This document shows, piece after piece, positions 63,987-64,000 of a DNA stretch of 64,000 nucleotides. Positions within the stretch are counted from its first letter, which is position 1. Each line of letters starts with the position of its first letter. This DNA is from Pavona decussata. Lineage: Eukaryota. A program made the translations under genes and the position numbers. The stretch is from assembly GCA_977016875.1 (NCBI GenBank), contig CDRNST010000191.1, positions 434,001-498,000 on the forward strand. Reading direction: 5' to 3'. The notes below the pieces were generated by a model. It saw only the letters and a program-made list of their open reading frames with translations. It had not been told where the DNA came from and did no database searches.

Positions 63987-64000
63987 CGCCTCAACTACGT

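Overview
Eukaryotic, AT-rich, intron-containing genomic DNA. It is most likely an anthozoan cnidarian (stony-coral-like), inferred from the ShKT-rich secreted genes and the SINE, MITE, L2 and Penelope-type repeats. The ORF track hides the real content because the genes are split into small exons. Manual splicing at GT-AG junctions gives five co-oriented (+ strand) tandem genes for secreted proteins between about 23.2 and 64.0 kb, each with its own signal-peptide exon. B (about 387 aa) has one ShKT domain and Lys/Asp/Lys charge blocks. C (about 933 aa) has three ShKT domains, Ala/Pro and Thr/Ser/Gln linkers, a GPG motif and an unrecognised domain of about 100 aa. D (about 343 aa) is a paralogue of the last three coding exons of C. 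E (about 318 aa) is His-rich with two GPG motifs. F (about 676 aa) has VWC and fibronectin type II domains, a mucin-like stalk and Tyr-rich 37-aa repeats. Nearly all coding introns are phase 1. The genes share modules I cannot assign to known families, and several carry dibasic or Gly-basic processing sites, including a candidate pGlu/amidated octapeptide. Upstream are a terminal coding exon of a disordered protein (18964-19808) and a spliced unit with a short ORF (4.26-8.4 kb). Introns hold minimal hammerhead-ribozyme motifs, a retro-insertion whose target-site duplication (TSD) copied a splice donor, and a SAP-domain transposon remnant. There is a 130-N gap. All gene models are hand-built and need RNA-seq confirmation.
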